Assembly (NCBI RefSeq): GCF_031412435.1
Contig: NZ_JANODA010000083.1
Location: forward strand, 17,220-81,219
Source: Brevundimonas sp.
GTDB lineage: Bacteria; Pseudomonadota; Alphaproteobacteria; Caulobacterales; Caulobacteraceae
Length of the DNA stretch: 64,000 nt
Reading direction: 5' to 3'
Below the pieces are notes generated by a model. The model had not been told where the DNA came from and did not search any database. It saw only the letters and a list, made by a program, of their open reading frames with translations. The position numbers and the translations under genes were made by a program. Of the stretch, positions 45,376 to 55,084 are shown one piece after another (the stretch's first letter is position 1; each line of letters opens with the position of its first letter).

Positions 45376-46493
45376 CCCCCACTCCTGTCGGGATCGGACT
45401 GATAGGGCTCGGCGACATCGCCGGCCGCTATGCCGACTCACTACGCGACGCCCCCGGCGTCCGATTGGTCGCCTGCGCATCTTCATCGCCGGAACAGGCC
45501 CTGAGACGGCGTGCCTTCGACACGCCGGTCATGAGCCTGGAAGATCTTCTATCTGGGGACGAGGTCGAACTGGTTGTGAACCTTACCCCGCCCTCGGTCC
45601 ATGCCGAGGTCAGCCGGCGATCCCTGCGGTCCGGCAAATCGGTCTATTCGGAAAAGCCCATCGCCACGACGCTTGAGGACGCCCGCGACCTCGCTAGTCT
45701 GGCCGAGACGTCCGGCCTGCTCATGGCCTGCGCGCCTGCGACCGCTTTCGGTCCTGCGCAGCAGACCGCGCGGAGCTTGATCGACGCAGGCGAGCTGGGG
45801 GTCTTATGGGGAGCGGCGACGACCCTGGTCTATCCCGGCCCGGATCTGTGGCATCACGACGCCGACCGTCTGTTCGCGACCGGGGCGGGCGTCGTCATGG
45901 ACATGGGCGTCTATGACGTTGCGGCTCTCGTCCACCTCCTGGGTCCGGTCGCGCGGGTGAGCGCCGGCGGGGGGCGGGTTCGTTCCGAGCGGACGATCCA
46001 GGCCGGCCCGCGAACCGGCGAGCGGTTCCCGGTGCAGGCGATCACCCATGCCGTCGCCCTGCTCGGCTTCGTCAGCGGCGCGACCGCGACGGTGACGGTC
46101 AGCTTCGACGGCCTGGGCGCGCGCCGATCGGAGTTGGAGCTCTATGGCTCCACCGCGACCCTCGCACTGCCCCGGTCGGGCGAGTTTTCCGGCGACGTTC
46201 GGATCACCCGCACCCTCGGCCGCTGGGACGCGGTAGAGCCGGTCCTCGGATGGAGCGATGCGGCATGGTCCATCGGCGTGCTCGACGCGGCCGACGCGAT
46301 CCGCGGACAACGCCCGCCCCGCGCCTCGGCCGCCATGGCCATCCACGTTCTGGAGACCCTGATGGCTATTGAGCGATCGATCCGCGACGGCGTCAGCGTC
46401 GACGTCGCTTCCCGAACCGAGCGGCCCGAGCCGTTGTCCGCCAAAGAGTTCGCTCGCCTGGTTCCAGCCGTCACCCCGGAGTTCACGCCATGA
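45372..46493 (+). CDS. Gfo/Idh/MocA-family oxidoreductase
   Basis: N-terminal Rossmann IGLIGLGDIAGRY... and ...GKSVYSEKP. The TTG start overlaps the upstream stop. Confidence 0.85.
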   Translation: MTPTPVGIGLIGLGDIAGRYADSLRDAPGVRLVACASSSPEQALRRRAFDTPVMSLEDLLSGDEVELVVNLTPPSVHAEVSRRSLRSGKSVYSEKPIATTLEDARDLASLAETSGLLMACAPATAFGPAQQTARSLIDAGELGVLWGAATTLVYPGPDLWHHDADRLFATGAGVVMDMGVYDVAALVHLLGPVARVSAGGGRVRSERTIQAGPRTGERFPVQAITHAVALLGFVSGATATVTVSFDGLGARRSELELYGSTATLALPRSGEFSGDVRITRTLGRWDAVEPVLGWSDAAWSIGVLDAADAIRGQRPPRASAAMAIHVLETLMAIERSIRDGVSVDVASRTERPEPLSAKEFARLVPAVTPEFTP

Positions 46494-47848
46494 CGTCCAC
46501 GTCCGCGGGCTCGCCCGCCCAGACCGCCTTCTTCTATGGCCTTCCGAACCTGACGACGGCGCTGGCGATGACACCGTTGCTGACCTTCATCCCGTCCTTC
46601 TATGCGGCCGATTTCGGCATGCCCCTGGCGCTGGTCGGGACAATATTATTCGCCGCGCGACTGATGGACGTCGTCAGCGAGCCGTTGACCGGCGCCCTGT
46701 CCGACGCGACCCGGTCGCGCTTCGGGCGCAGGAAGCTGTGGATCGCCATAGGCGTGCCGCTGCTGATGCTGGGCATCTGGATGGTTTTTGCCCCGCCGGT
46801 GGAGGTCACGCCGGCCTACGCCATCATCTGGATCGCGGTCACCTTCACCGCCTTCAACATCGTCGACAATCCCTACCGCGCATGGGGCGCCGAGCTGTCG
46901 CGGACCTATTCGGGCCGCACCCGGATCGCCGGGTCTCGCGAGGCCTTCGGAATCGTTTCCAGTATGATGGCCCTGGCCCTGATCTTTGTCCTCCAGCGCA
47001 CGGGGTTTGGCGAAACGCGACAAATGCTGCTCGTGCTGGCGATCGGCTTCGTCGCGGCGATGCCGGTGCTGTACGGCATCGCCTTCTGGCGTGTGCCCGA
47101 GCCGACGCCCGAGACCCTGCGGCGAGAGCCCGTTCGCTTCCTGGAGGGCACACGAGCGCTGTTCGGCAACCGAGCCTTTCTGACCCTGTCGCTCGGCTTG
47201 GCCGTCCTCCTGGGTGGAGCGACCATCGGCGCGTCGCTGCATCTGATCGTGATGGAATCGGTCTTCGACGCGCGTGACATGTTCTCGGTCATCCTGGTCG
47301 GAGAGAATATCGCCGGGCTGTCAGCCATTCCTTTCTGGATGTGGCTGGCCAAGCGCTGGGGCAAGCACCGTGCCCTGGCTCTCGGGGCCGCCGGCATGGC
47401 CCTGCTCAGCGCGCCCATTCCCCTGATCCCCCACGACCAGCCCTGGATCTATGCAGCCTGCATTATCGTGCGGGGCGCGGCTGGCGGTGCGCTGGGCCTG
47501 CTGGTCGGGTCGATGCTGGCCGACGTCGTCGACCTGGACAAGGTCACGACAGGGCGCGAGCGAACGGCGCTTTTTTACGGAATGTCCGGCACGATCGCCA
47601 AGCTGGGCGTCGCTGTGGGCATTCTGATCGGCACCGTACTGCCGTCGGTCTTCGGCTTCGAGCCTTCCGCCACGGAGAATGGCCCGCGCGAGCTGTTCAT
47701 CTTGCTGGTGACCTATGCCTGGGCGCCCATGATCATCATGGGATGCGCGGCGCCCTTCTTCTGGTTCTACCCGCTCACGGAAGCCCGCCAGATCGCGCTA
47801 AGGTCCGAGATCGAGGCCCGCCTTTCCCAGACCCCGGTTGCACCATGA
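46490..47848 (+). CDS. MFS/GPH-family glycoside:cation symporter
   Basis: 12-TM-type sequence with the GPH signature ...RLMDVVSEPLTGALSDATRSRFGRRK.... Confidence 0.85.
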   Translation: MTSTSAGSPAQTAFFYGLPNLTTALAMTPLLTFIPSFYAADFGMPLALVGTILFAARLMDVVSEPLTGALSDATRSRFGRRKLWIAIGVPLLMLGIWMVFAPPVEVTPAYAIIWIAVTFTAFNIVDNPYRAWGAELSRTYSGRTRIAGSREAFGIVSSMMALALIFVLQRTGFGETRQMLLVLAIGFVAAMPVLYGIAFWRVPEPTPETLRREPVRFLEGTRALFGNRAFLTLSLGLAVLLGGATIGASLHLIVMESVFDARDMFSVILVGENIAGLSAIPFWMWLAKRWGKHRALALGAAGMALLSAPIPLIPHDQPWIYAACIIVRGAAGGALGLLVGSMLADVVDLDKVTTGRERTALFYGMSGTIAKLGVAVGILIGTVLPSVFGFEPSATENGPRELFILLVTYAWAPMIIMGCAAPFFWFYPLTEARQIALRSEIEARLSQTPVAP

Positions 47849-48486
47849 CCACCGTTGCCCCCACCGTCCGTCCGCCCCGCATTCCCAAGGCCGAGCAGAG
47901 CCGGCGCACGCGCGAGCTGCTGGTCCAGACCGGCATCCGCTGCCTGGCCGAGCACGGCTATTCCCAGACCACCCTGCTGCTGATCGCCAACGAAGCAGGC
48001 GTGTCGAGGGGGCCGCTGCACTATCACTTCCGCGACAAGAACGATCTTATGGCCGACATCGCAGCCGCGCTGCCGCGTCGGGTGACGCCGGAGATCCGCG
48101 CCCGGCTGGAGCGGCTGACCGATCCGCACGAGCGATTCGCGGCCGTTATCGACGTCGCCCTGGAGGGTCATACAGGCCACCACCATTTCGCGGCGATGGA
48201 GCTGCTGATGGCCGCACGCAACGACCCCGAGCTGGCCGCCGCAATCGGTCCTCATCTGGATGAGGCGGAGGCTGCGACCGACAGCTGGTGGATGGAATAC
48301 ATGGCAGGTCTGGACCTGCCCGCCGACGAACTTCTGGCCCTGCGCCACGTGGCCGTGGCATGCCTCAGAGGCTTGGCGCTCGACCACATCCTGCATCAAG
48401 ACCGGGCGGCCCACGCCCGCGCGGGCGAGATGTTTCGCGCCATCTTCATCGCCACCACCAACCGCGCTCGAACGGGGCCTCCATGA
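47845..48486 (+). CDS. TetR/AcrR-family transcriptional regulator
   Basis: ...RRTRELLVQTGIRCLAEHGYSQTTLLLIANEAGVSRGPLHYHFRDK... ATG 47845 overlaps the MFS gene stop. Confidence 0.85.
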   Translation: MTTVAPTVRPPRIPKAEQSRRTRELLVQTGIRCLAEHGYSQTTLLLIANEAGVSRGPLHYHFRDKNDLMADIAAALPRRVTPEIRARLERLTDPHERFAAVIDVALEGHTGHHHFAAMELLMAARNDPELAAAIGPHLDEAEAATDSWWMEYMAGLDLPADELLALRHVAVACLRGLALDHILHQDRAAHARAGEMFRAIFIATTNRARTGPP

Positions 48487-49142
48487 CTGAGCGCCGCGCC
48501 TTCGCGATCGGGGCCCATCCCGACGATGTCGAGATCTACTGCCTCGGCCTGCTGCTGAAACTGCAGGACCTGGGCTGGGCGGTTGGCTGGGCGGTAGCGA
48601 CGGACGGTCAAGCCGGCCTTCCTCCCGGAGCCCCTGCCGGCCTTCGCAGGACCGAGGCGGCGGTGGCGGGCGCGACCGTTGGCGTCGAACCCGTGCTTCT
48701 TGGGCTGATGGATGGTCAGCTGGTCGGCACACCCGAAGAGGCTCGCGCCGTTCGGGCGGCCATCGCAGACTTTCGGCCGACCGTCCTGATCACCCATTCA
48801 ACAGACGACTATCACCCCGACCACCGCACATTATCGCGCCTGGTGGCGGAAGCCTGCCCGCCGGAAACCGCTCTCCTCTATGCGGAGCCGATGCTCGGAA
48901 GCGGGCCGACTCCGGAGCGTCTCGTCGACATCACGGCGCAATACGACCGTAAACGCGCAGCCCTTTCGGCCCACGCCTCCCAGAGTGCGCCGGCTTTTGT
49001 TCCCGCATTCGAAACCTGGAGCGGCTTCAGAGCGCTGCATTGCGGGGTGCGCGGGGCGCGCCACGCCGAGGGTTTCTTTTATCGTTCATCCGTCGCGAGC
49101 AGGCCCGCTTTGGCCTTGCTGGAGCGCGCCTTAAGTATTTGA
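48483..49142 (+). CDS. PIG-L/LmbE-family deacetylase
   Basis: MTERRAFAIGAHPDDVEI... and ...THSTDDYHPDHR... are Zn-binding signature motifs of the family. Confidence 0.8.
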   Translation: MTERRAFAIGAHPDDVEIYCLGLLLKLQDLGWAVGWAVATDGQAGLPPGAPAGLRRTEAAVAGATVGVEPVLLGLMDGQLVGTPEEARAVRAAIADFRPTVLITHSTDDYHPDHRTLSRLVAEACPPETALLYAEPMLGSGPTPERLVDITAQYDRKRAALSAHASQSAPAFVPAFETWSGFRALHCGVRGARHAEGFFYRSSVASRPALALLERALSI

Positions 49143-49416
49143 GTTTATTTAGTTCATCTCAGGTCCTTACCTACGACAGCATCTGCAACTTTCCGACGTG
49201 ACTCTCTCCACATCCGACTAGCGCCATGAACGATCCGTCCAGCCACAAAGCGGACCTTGCCAAGGACCTTTATGAGTCATAACCGGTCATTCACTGATCG
49301 CCGGAACCACGACATTCAGACAAGACATAAGGGTCGGCTTTTCGACCTTACGCCCAGGCTGGTCCCAACCCTTATCGGACTCTCTGTCCCCGCTCGCAAG
49401 CAACAAGCCGTGTCTG

Positions 49417-49441
49417 GGAACACGGTAAAGCGTCGGCAGTT
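49417..49441 (+). promoter_or_regulatory. Candidate EcfG/SigT-type general-stress-response promoter (GGAAC-N16-AGTT)
   Basis: GGAAC at 49417-49421 and AGTT at 49438-49441, ~30 nt upstream of ATG 49471. One mismatch to the GGAAC-N16/17-CGTT consensus. Confidence 0.3.
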
Positions 49442-49470
49442 CTATGTGTCCCTCAAACAAGGACGCCTCA

Positions 49471-49923
49471 ATGCCCACCGACAATCATCGCGCCATCAAG
49501 ACCCTGAACGATCTGATCGAGACGACGCTGGATAGCGTGAATGGCTATCGCCATGCCGCCGACGGCGTCAGCAGTTCGGAACTCAAAGCCCTGTTCACAG
49601 AGCGCGCCGGCCAGCGTGAAGAACTCAGCCGTCGGCTCCAGGCCGAAGTTCGCACGTTTGGTGGTGAACCTGAGGATGACCAGTCTCTGCTGGGCCGCAT
49701 CCACAACAAGTTCGCCGAGATCAGAGGCGAACTCATGGGCCGCGACGACAGCGGCGTGATCGACGAGGTCGAGCGTGGCGAGGACGTGATCAAGGCGCGG
49801 TTTGAAGACGCCACCAAGGACACCGATCTTCCCGACACACTCCGCCAGCGCGTGGCTGAAGAGTATGCGTCGATCAAGGCTGACCACGATACGATCAGCG
49901 GTCTGAAGCATCGCCTCAACTAA
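49471..49923 (+). CDS. PA2169/DUF2383-family four-helix-bundle (ferritin-like) protein
   Basis: MPTDNHRAIKTLNDLIETTLDSVNGYRHAAD...RAGQREELSRRL...ERGEDVIKARFEDA is the family-typical pattern. An SD-like AAGGAC lies upstream. Confidence 0.6.
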   Translation: MPTDNHRAIKTLNDLIETTLDSVNGYRHAADGVSSSELKALFTERAGQREELSRRLQAEVRTFGGEPEDDQSLLGRIHNKFAEIRGELMGRDDSGVIDEVERGEDVIKARFEDATKDTDLPDTLRQRVAEEYASIKADHDTISGLKHRLN

Positions 49924-49949
49924 ACCGCAACGTCCGCAGCTGCACGATT

Positions 49950-49986
49950 GAACGACGCGCCCGAGTTGATCTCCGGCGCGTCGTTC
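49950..49986. terminator. Hairpin between convergent genes (possible bidirectional terminator)
   Basis: gaacgacgcgcc (49950-49961) pairs with ggcgcgtcgttc (49975-49986) across a 13-nt loop. No clear T-run. Confidence 0.4.
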
Positions 49987-49995
49987 TGCGACGAC

Positions 49996-50262
49996 CTACT
50001 CTGTTCGGGCCGCGGCATCGGCAGCCGCCTCGGTTTTCCGAGCGGCCGTGTCGGCGGCTGCATCGACGTTGGCTGCCGCCTCGCTGGTTGCGGCAGAGGC
50101 GCTGTCGGCAGCGGCGTCTGCGTTTGCGGCGGTGTCGCTCGCAGCAGAAGCAACCGTCGCTCCGGCGTTATCTGCAGTGGCGGCTGCCTTGTCTTCCGTA
50201 TTCTCGGAGCAGGCGGCCAGTGACAGGGCGGCCGCGACGACGGCGAAATGGAGAGTGCGCAT
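49996..50262 (-). CDS. Small Ala/Asp-rich lipoprotein
   Basis: MRTLHFAVVAAALSLAAC lipobox with GAGGAAACGAA upstream. The rest is low-complexity A/D/T/E repeats. Confidence 0.5.
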   Translation of the reverse strand: MRTLHFAVVAAALSLAACSENTEDKAAATADNAGATVASAASDTAANADAAADSASAATSEAAANVDAAADTAARKTEAAADAAARTE

Positions 50263-50321
50263 TTCGTTTCCTCTGGACTGACATGGCGGCTGATCCGCCT
50301 TCAAAGGTCAGCTCGTGAAGC

Positions 50322-51178
50322 CTAGTGGCTCGCCAGGCTGATGGCGACAAACATGATGCGCCAGTGGCGAGTTTGCGTTGGCCAGCGGCGATGGAATCCC
50401 GGTCGCGCGGTCTTCGGCGCGAGGTTCAGCAGGGCCCGGATCGCTCCGGAGGTCCGTTCACGCGCCCGCAGCTCCAGCACCTGTCCGAGCAGAACCAGGA
50501 CGGTGATCACTGCGGCGGCCTCGAAATAGACGGCGACCGAGCCGTCGGCAGCGCGGAAGGCGGCCGGATAGACGTCCGGGGCCAGGGCCGCGACCAGGCT
50601 GCAGATCCAGGCGACGCCGGTTCCCATGGCGATCAGGGTGAACATGTTCAGATGGCGCGTCTTCAGCGACGTCCAGCCGCGCTGAAAGAAGGGGCAGCCC
50701 GCCCAGAGGACGACCGGGGTCGCCAGAACCAGCTGAGTCCAGATCGAGATGGCGGCGGAACGAGGTGATGCAGGGCCGGGACCAGATGCCCGCCCATCTC
50801 GAGGACGAACACGGGCGCGGTCAGGACCAGGGCGATCCAGAAGCGCCGCGTCATGTCCGTCAGTTCGGCGTTGGGGCCAGCGGCCGCGCTGACCGTTTCA
50901 GGCTCCAGCGCCATGCCGCAGATGGGGCAGGGGCCCGGGCGGTCCCGACGGACCTGCGGATGCATGGGGCAGGTCCAGACGGCGCCGATGGGCGCCGTGT
51001 CCGAGGCGCGGCCTGGAGGGTCGGGCGCCTCCGCCAGATACCGCTCCGGGTCGGCGATGAAGCTCGACCGGCAGCGCGCGCTGCAGAAGTGGAAATCCCG
51101 ATCGCCGTGGGTCGCCGTTCGAGCCGGATCGACGTCCATTCCGCACACCGGATCCCGGGCGGGTGTGGTTTCGGCCAT
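50322..51178 (-). pseudogene. Remnant of a heavy-metal (Cu/Ag-type) P1B-ATPase gene: frameshifted and 3'-truncated
   Basis: N-terminal TRASH/YHS-like region (PVCGMDVD...HFCSARC), a CPMHPQV...CPICGM metal-binding domain and the first TM helices. A frameshift lies near 50760 (the [18 protein letters not shown]... continuation is in another frame). Homology stops after ...LNLAPKTAR; the actuator, P and N domains are absent. Confidence 0.8.
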
Positions 51179-51210
51179 CGGCGTCTCCTGTCGACTCCGG
51201 CAGCGTGCCG

Positions 51211-51375
51211 CTAGGCGAGCATTTTCCAGAGCACAAAGAAGGCCGTCACGCAGACGCCGGAAAAGAGGCACATGTTGACGAACATCCGCATCATGCCGCG
51301 CTCGTGCTGATCCTTGATCCCGAGATGGTCGCAGACCAGATTGGATGGACGCAGCAAAAGCGCAAGCAGGGTCAT
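51211..51375 (-). CDS. Small hydrophobic protein (54 aa), upstream of the ATPase remnant
   Basis: ATG preceded by GAGGAACGAGA. Sequence MTLLALLLRPSNLVCDHLGIKDQHERGMMRMFVNMCLFSGVCVTAFFVLWKMLA. Below the ORF-track length cutoff. Confidence 0.3.
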   Translation of the reverse strand: MTLLALLLRPSNLVCDHLGIKDQHERGMMRMFVNMCLFSGVCVTAFFVLWKMLA

Positions 51376-51684
51376 TCTCGTTCCTCAACGACCGACAGGT
51401 CGGACCGGGCGCCAGCGAATGGGATACTCAGTTTAGGCGGACCGAAGCCGCAGGGTCGGCCCCCATCCGTCTGAAAGCACCCTAGGGAATCCCCTCGATC
51501 CTGGGTAACGATGGACGTCCTGCGAGCTTGTTCGGCGAATGTGGCCAGCGGGACCACCCAGTCTTGCACCGTCAGGTCGGCTCCGTCGCCTCTGGAGCGA
51601 TGACCACTTTCGACCCAAAGCGGACCTTGCGCCGCGCTCGCCAGACTGACTTTGCCGATCGCTGATCGGACCAGTTTTCTAGCG

Positions 51685-52290
51685 TTACGATGAGGCAGTT
51701 CCACCTTGACGGGCGCCATGACCCGCGCGGGCCGCGCGGCGGAACAGGGCCGCCGAAGCCAGCCAGATCATACAGAAAATGATGCTGAGCACGATCACCG
51801 GCCGAGGCCAGTTCTCAGACCCGGCACCCCAGTTCCGCAAGACAGCAAGGATTCCGATCAAGGCTTGGAGCCCGGCAGCCGATGCCATGGACAACGACAG
51901 GCCCCTCGCGCGGAAACGACTGGCGACCGCTCCGACAAACGCAGCGAGAATCACGCCCAGATAAAGCAGGTTCGCCGGATGATCTTCAGATCCGATGATT
52001 CCCACGGCGCCGTTGATCCAGATCAACAGAACCGAAGCGAGCACGGCGAGGCCGACGCCGATCCGATACGACCAGTCGCCCGAGGCGCGCACCGCCAGCT
52101 CTGTGATCGCGCCAGCCCCAATCAGGACGACGCCTGCGAAGATGAAGTCTGAGGTCGTCCACAGGACCTCGTCTGTGAACCGCATCGCGACGGCGGGCGT
52201 GAGCAGAAGGCCCGCGACGAGTGTCCAGCCGATCAGGCGTAGGGTCGAGGTCAGTCGGTCGTTCGGGTTGGCAGAGATGTCGTTCGTCAT
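51685..52290 (-). CDS. Polytopic membrane protein, unknown function
   Basis: From ATG 52288-52290 (MTNDISANPN...), 5-6 hydrophobic helices. Divergent from the CadC-like regulator. Confidence 0.5.
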   Translation of the reverse strand: MTNDISANPNDRLTSTLRLIGWTLVAGLLLTPAVAMRFTDEVLWTTSDFIFAGVVLIGAGAITELAVRASGDWSYRIGVGLAVLASVLLIWINGAVGIIGSEDHPANLLYLGVILAAFVGAVASRFRARGLSLSMASAAGLQALIGILAVLRNWGAGSENWPRPVIVLSIIFCMIWLASAALFRRAARAGHGARQGGTASS

Positions 52291-52379
52291 TGCCTTCGTT
52301 TCCAGCTTGGGTGAGGCTTGAGCTGTGAGGGCGCGGGCGATGAAAGTCCTGAGCGCCGCGTGAGGAAACCCTGAAAACC

Positions 52380-53453
52380 GTGGCTGGCGTCTATCGTTTC
52401 GACCGCTTCGTGCTGGACGCAGCGGATCGCCGCCTCTCTGATCCTGGGGGGACCGTGGAGGTGTCTGGACGCTATCTGGACGCACTGGTTCTGCTAATCA
52501 CCGAGGAGGGCAGACTGGTGACCAAGGCGCGGCTTCTGGATGAGGTCTGGAAAGGCGTTCCGGTCACCGACGAGGCGTTGACCCAATGCGTGCGGTCCTT
52601 GCGTAAGGCCCTTGGGGACGAGGCGGGCAGGCCTCGGTTCATCGAGACGGTGCCCCGCCATGGTTACCGCTTCATCGCCTCTGTGACGCCTCCTCATGCT
52701 GAGCGCACAGACAGCGATGCGGCATCGGCCGAGGTCCGCGCTCAAACCGGTCGAAGCGAGGCGTTGGCGCGGTTTGTCGGCATGGGTCGAGCCGGGCTCA
52801 TCGGCGGCGGCATGGCGGGATTGATCGGCGGCCTGGCCTACGGCTTCGCGGGGGTGGCGGACGCCGGGGCGGGCGGCTCACTGTCCGGACTGCTGGTGCT
52901 CGCCGCTCTGACAGCCGCGATCGGAATGATCGGGGGCTCAAGTGTCGGGTTCGGGGTCGGAATGGCGAGCTTCGTCTCCCGGCGCCGGGAACCATGGTTC
53001 CTACTTGGCGGCGCCTGCGGCGGACTGGTCGTGGGCGCCGTGGTGCGGCTTGCCGGGCTGGACGCCTTCACCCTGCTGTTCGGATCGGCGCCGAGGGCGA
53101 TGACGGGCGCCGGCGAAGGCGTACTGCTGGGCGCTGCGATCGGCGCGGGCGTGTGGATCACGCGGGGACGAAAACGGCGGATCGCTGTGCTGGCCGGAAC
53201 GCTCCTGACTGGCTTTGCAGGGGCGAGCGCCGCCTTGCTGGGCGGGCGGCTGATGGGCGGCAGCCTGGCTGCGCTGGCGGCGCAGTTCCCCGAGGCGCGG
53301 CTGAGGTTCGACCATTTGGGCGTCTTGTTTGGCGAAGCGACGTTTGGCTTGGTCAGTCAGATCGCCACCGCCAGCCTGGAAGGCGCGCTGTTCGGGGCGG
53401 CAATGGTGTTGGCGCTTACCTTTGAGCAGCGGCGAGCCGGTCTGCGGGATTGA
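52380..53453 (+). CDS. CadC/ToxR-like membrane-anchored regulator (OmpR/PhoB-type winged-helix N-terminus, Gly-rich TM C-terminus)
   Basis: YRFDRFVLDAADRRL...LDALVLLITEEGRLVTKARLLDEVWKGVPVTDEALTQCVRSLRKAL...IETVPRHGYRF, followed by several glycine-rich hydrophobic segments. Confidence 0.7.
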   Translation: MAGVYRFDRFVLDAADRRLSDPGGTVEVSGRYLDALVLLITEEGRLVTKARLLDEVWKGVPVTDEALTQCVRSLRKALGDEAGRPRFIETVPRHGYRFIASVTPPHAERTDSDAASAEVRAQTGRSEALARFVGMGRAGLIGGGMAGLIGGLAYGFAGVADAGAGGSLSGLLVLAALTAAIGMIGGSSVGFGVGMASFVSRRREPWFLLGGACGGLVVGAVVRLAGLDAFTLLFGSAPRAMTGAGEGVLLGAAIGAGVWITRGRKRRIAVLAGTLLTGFAGASAALLGGRLMGGSLAALAAQFPEARLRFDHLGVLFGEATFGLVSQIATASLEGALFGAAMVLALTFEQRRAGLRD

Positions 53454-53472
53454 CGCTGACGCCGCGCAAAGA

Positions 53473-54755
53473 GGCAGCCATTTTGAACGTCCGCTCCGCA
53501 CGGCGGGCTCAACTGATCGCCGCAACACACGCGGCGAAAGGTCTCTGCTGGCGTCCGATAGAGCAAGGGCTTTCTGGGACGCTCATTGAGTTGCCGGGCG
53601 ATGGCGCTGAGCTGAGCCTGGCGGTGCAGGGACAGGTCGGTCCCGTGGGGCGGATACTGGCGCAGCAGCCGGTTGGTGTTTTCGTTCGAGCCTCGCTGCC
53701 AGGGTGACCGGGATCACAGAACCAGACCTCGCCGTCGGCGGCCAGAGCCAGCCGCTTGTGGACGGCGAGCGCCTTACCGCGGTCCCAGGTGAGGGATCGG
53801 TAGTTCGCCGGGGAGTTTCTTCGACTGTTTGATCAGGGCGGTGACGACGCTCTCGGTGTCCTTGTTGGCGACCTTGACCAGCATGACGTAGCGCGAATGC
53901 CCCTCGACCAGGGTGGCGACGTAGCTGTTGCGGGAGCCGCCGATCAGGTCGCCTTCCCAGTGACCGGGGACGGCGCGATCCTCGACGGATGCGGGCCGCT
54001 CGCTGGTGGAGACGGCGTCCTTGATCTGGCCGAGGCCTTGACGCTTCAGGCTCGCATGCCGGGAACGCCGGACGGTCCGCCGCGCCCTGAGGTGGTCCAG
54101 AAGTTCCTTCTTCAGCACCCCTCGGGTCTGGATGAACAGGCTTCGACAATGGTTTCGTGCGACCCCTGATTGTGCGGCACCCAGGGCCAGGTGCGCTTGA
54201 GCCAGCCGGCGATCTGCTCGGGCGACCAGTTCCGCCGCAGCTTGCCGGATACTGTCCGGGCCAGATCGGGTCGGCAAGCCAGCTTGCACGGCTTCGGACG
54301 CAAGGCCCGGTCCCAAGCCGCCTGATCAGAACGCGTCGCCCCATAGCGTTCGCCCCCGCCATTGCGTCGGACCTCGCGACTGATCGTCGATGCCGATCGA
54401 CACAACGACCGGGCGATCCCACGCAGCGCGCAGCCGGTGCTGAGCCCCCGGGAGATTTCCTCCCGTTCGCCCAGACTGAGGGCCCCAGCCGCCCGCTTCC
54501 GGTCTGGAGGCCGGATTCCACCGGTCGGCGACAGCGCTAAAAACACCGACGACGACTCGCGGTCGAACCGCCGTCCGATCGAACGCATCGACTCGCCGGC
54601 CCTCCAGCGATCCCAGATTTCGGCGCGCTGGGCCGCCGAATATTAGATGCGACGCCGCTGTTTCATGATCCACGCTCCATCTCCGAAGAAAAGCGAGCGT
54701 GTTGCGTTCACCGGTTGAGTCCACCATCCATAGCGGACTTTAAACCGTTGTAGCC
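53473..54755 (-). mobile_element. IS30-family insertion sequence, inactivated (~1.28 kb)
   Basis: Imperfect terminal repeats GGCAGCCATTTTGAACGTCCGCT (53473-53495) and the complement of GGCTACAACGGTTTAAAGTCCGCT (54732-54755) flank a broken IS30 transposase reading frame. Confidence 0.7.
53509..54666 (-). pseudogene. IS30-family transposase pseudogene (in-frame TAA at codon 8 plus at least 3 frameshifts)
   Basis: MKQRRRI*YSAAQRAEIWDRWRAGESMRSIGRRF...STISREVRRN... The catalytic part (HWEGDLIGG...ATLVE) and the C-terminus (NERPRK...TPAETF / AACVAAIS*) lie in different frames. Confidence 0.8.
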
Positions 54756-55084
54756 ACCATCCAGTCTTCCAGAGGCAAGGCCGGGCGCACCGATGTACTA
54801 CCTGATGTCCACGGCGGCTGGGCCGCGGCGCTGGTCGCGGGCGGCCTGACCTGGGTGGCCGCGACCTATCTGATCGCCATCAGCGGGGCCAGCCGGGAAC
54901 TGACCGTGCGGACAACCGCCAGGCCCGGTTCCCGGATGGGGTTTAGACGACACAGTGCGCTGCGCTTATCCACGCGTCCGGGCAGTGCGCTCGGGATCCC
55001 ACGTTAATTGTGCGCCGCACGATGTAATGCTGCATTGCAGCACCATATTGTCTCTAGGCCGGCCTGGTCGGTGAGAGTTCCCGT

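Noticed and set aside
54756-55084. Possible coding remnant (…DVHGGWAAALVAGGLTWVAATYLIAISGAS…) between the IS30 end and the esterase gene.
   Set aside because: It is short, has no start codon or recognisable family, and could equally be random. It may be the tail of a gene split by IS30, but that is not supportable from the sequence alone.
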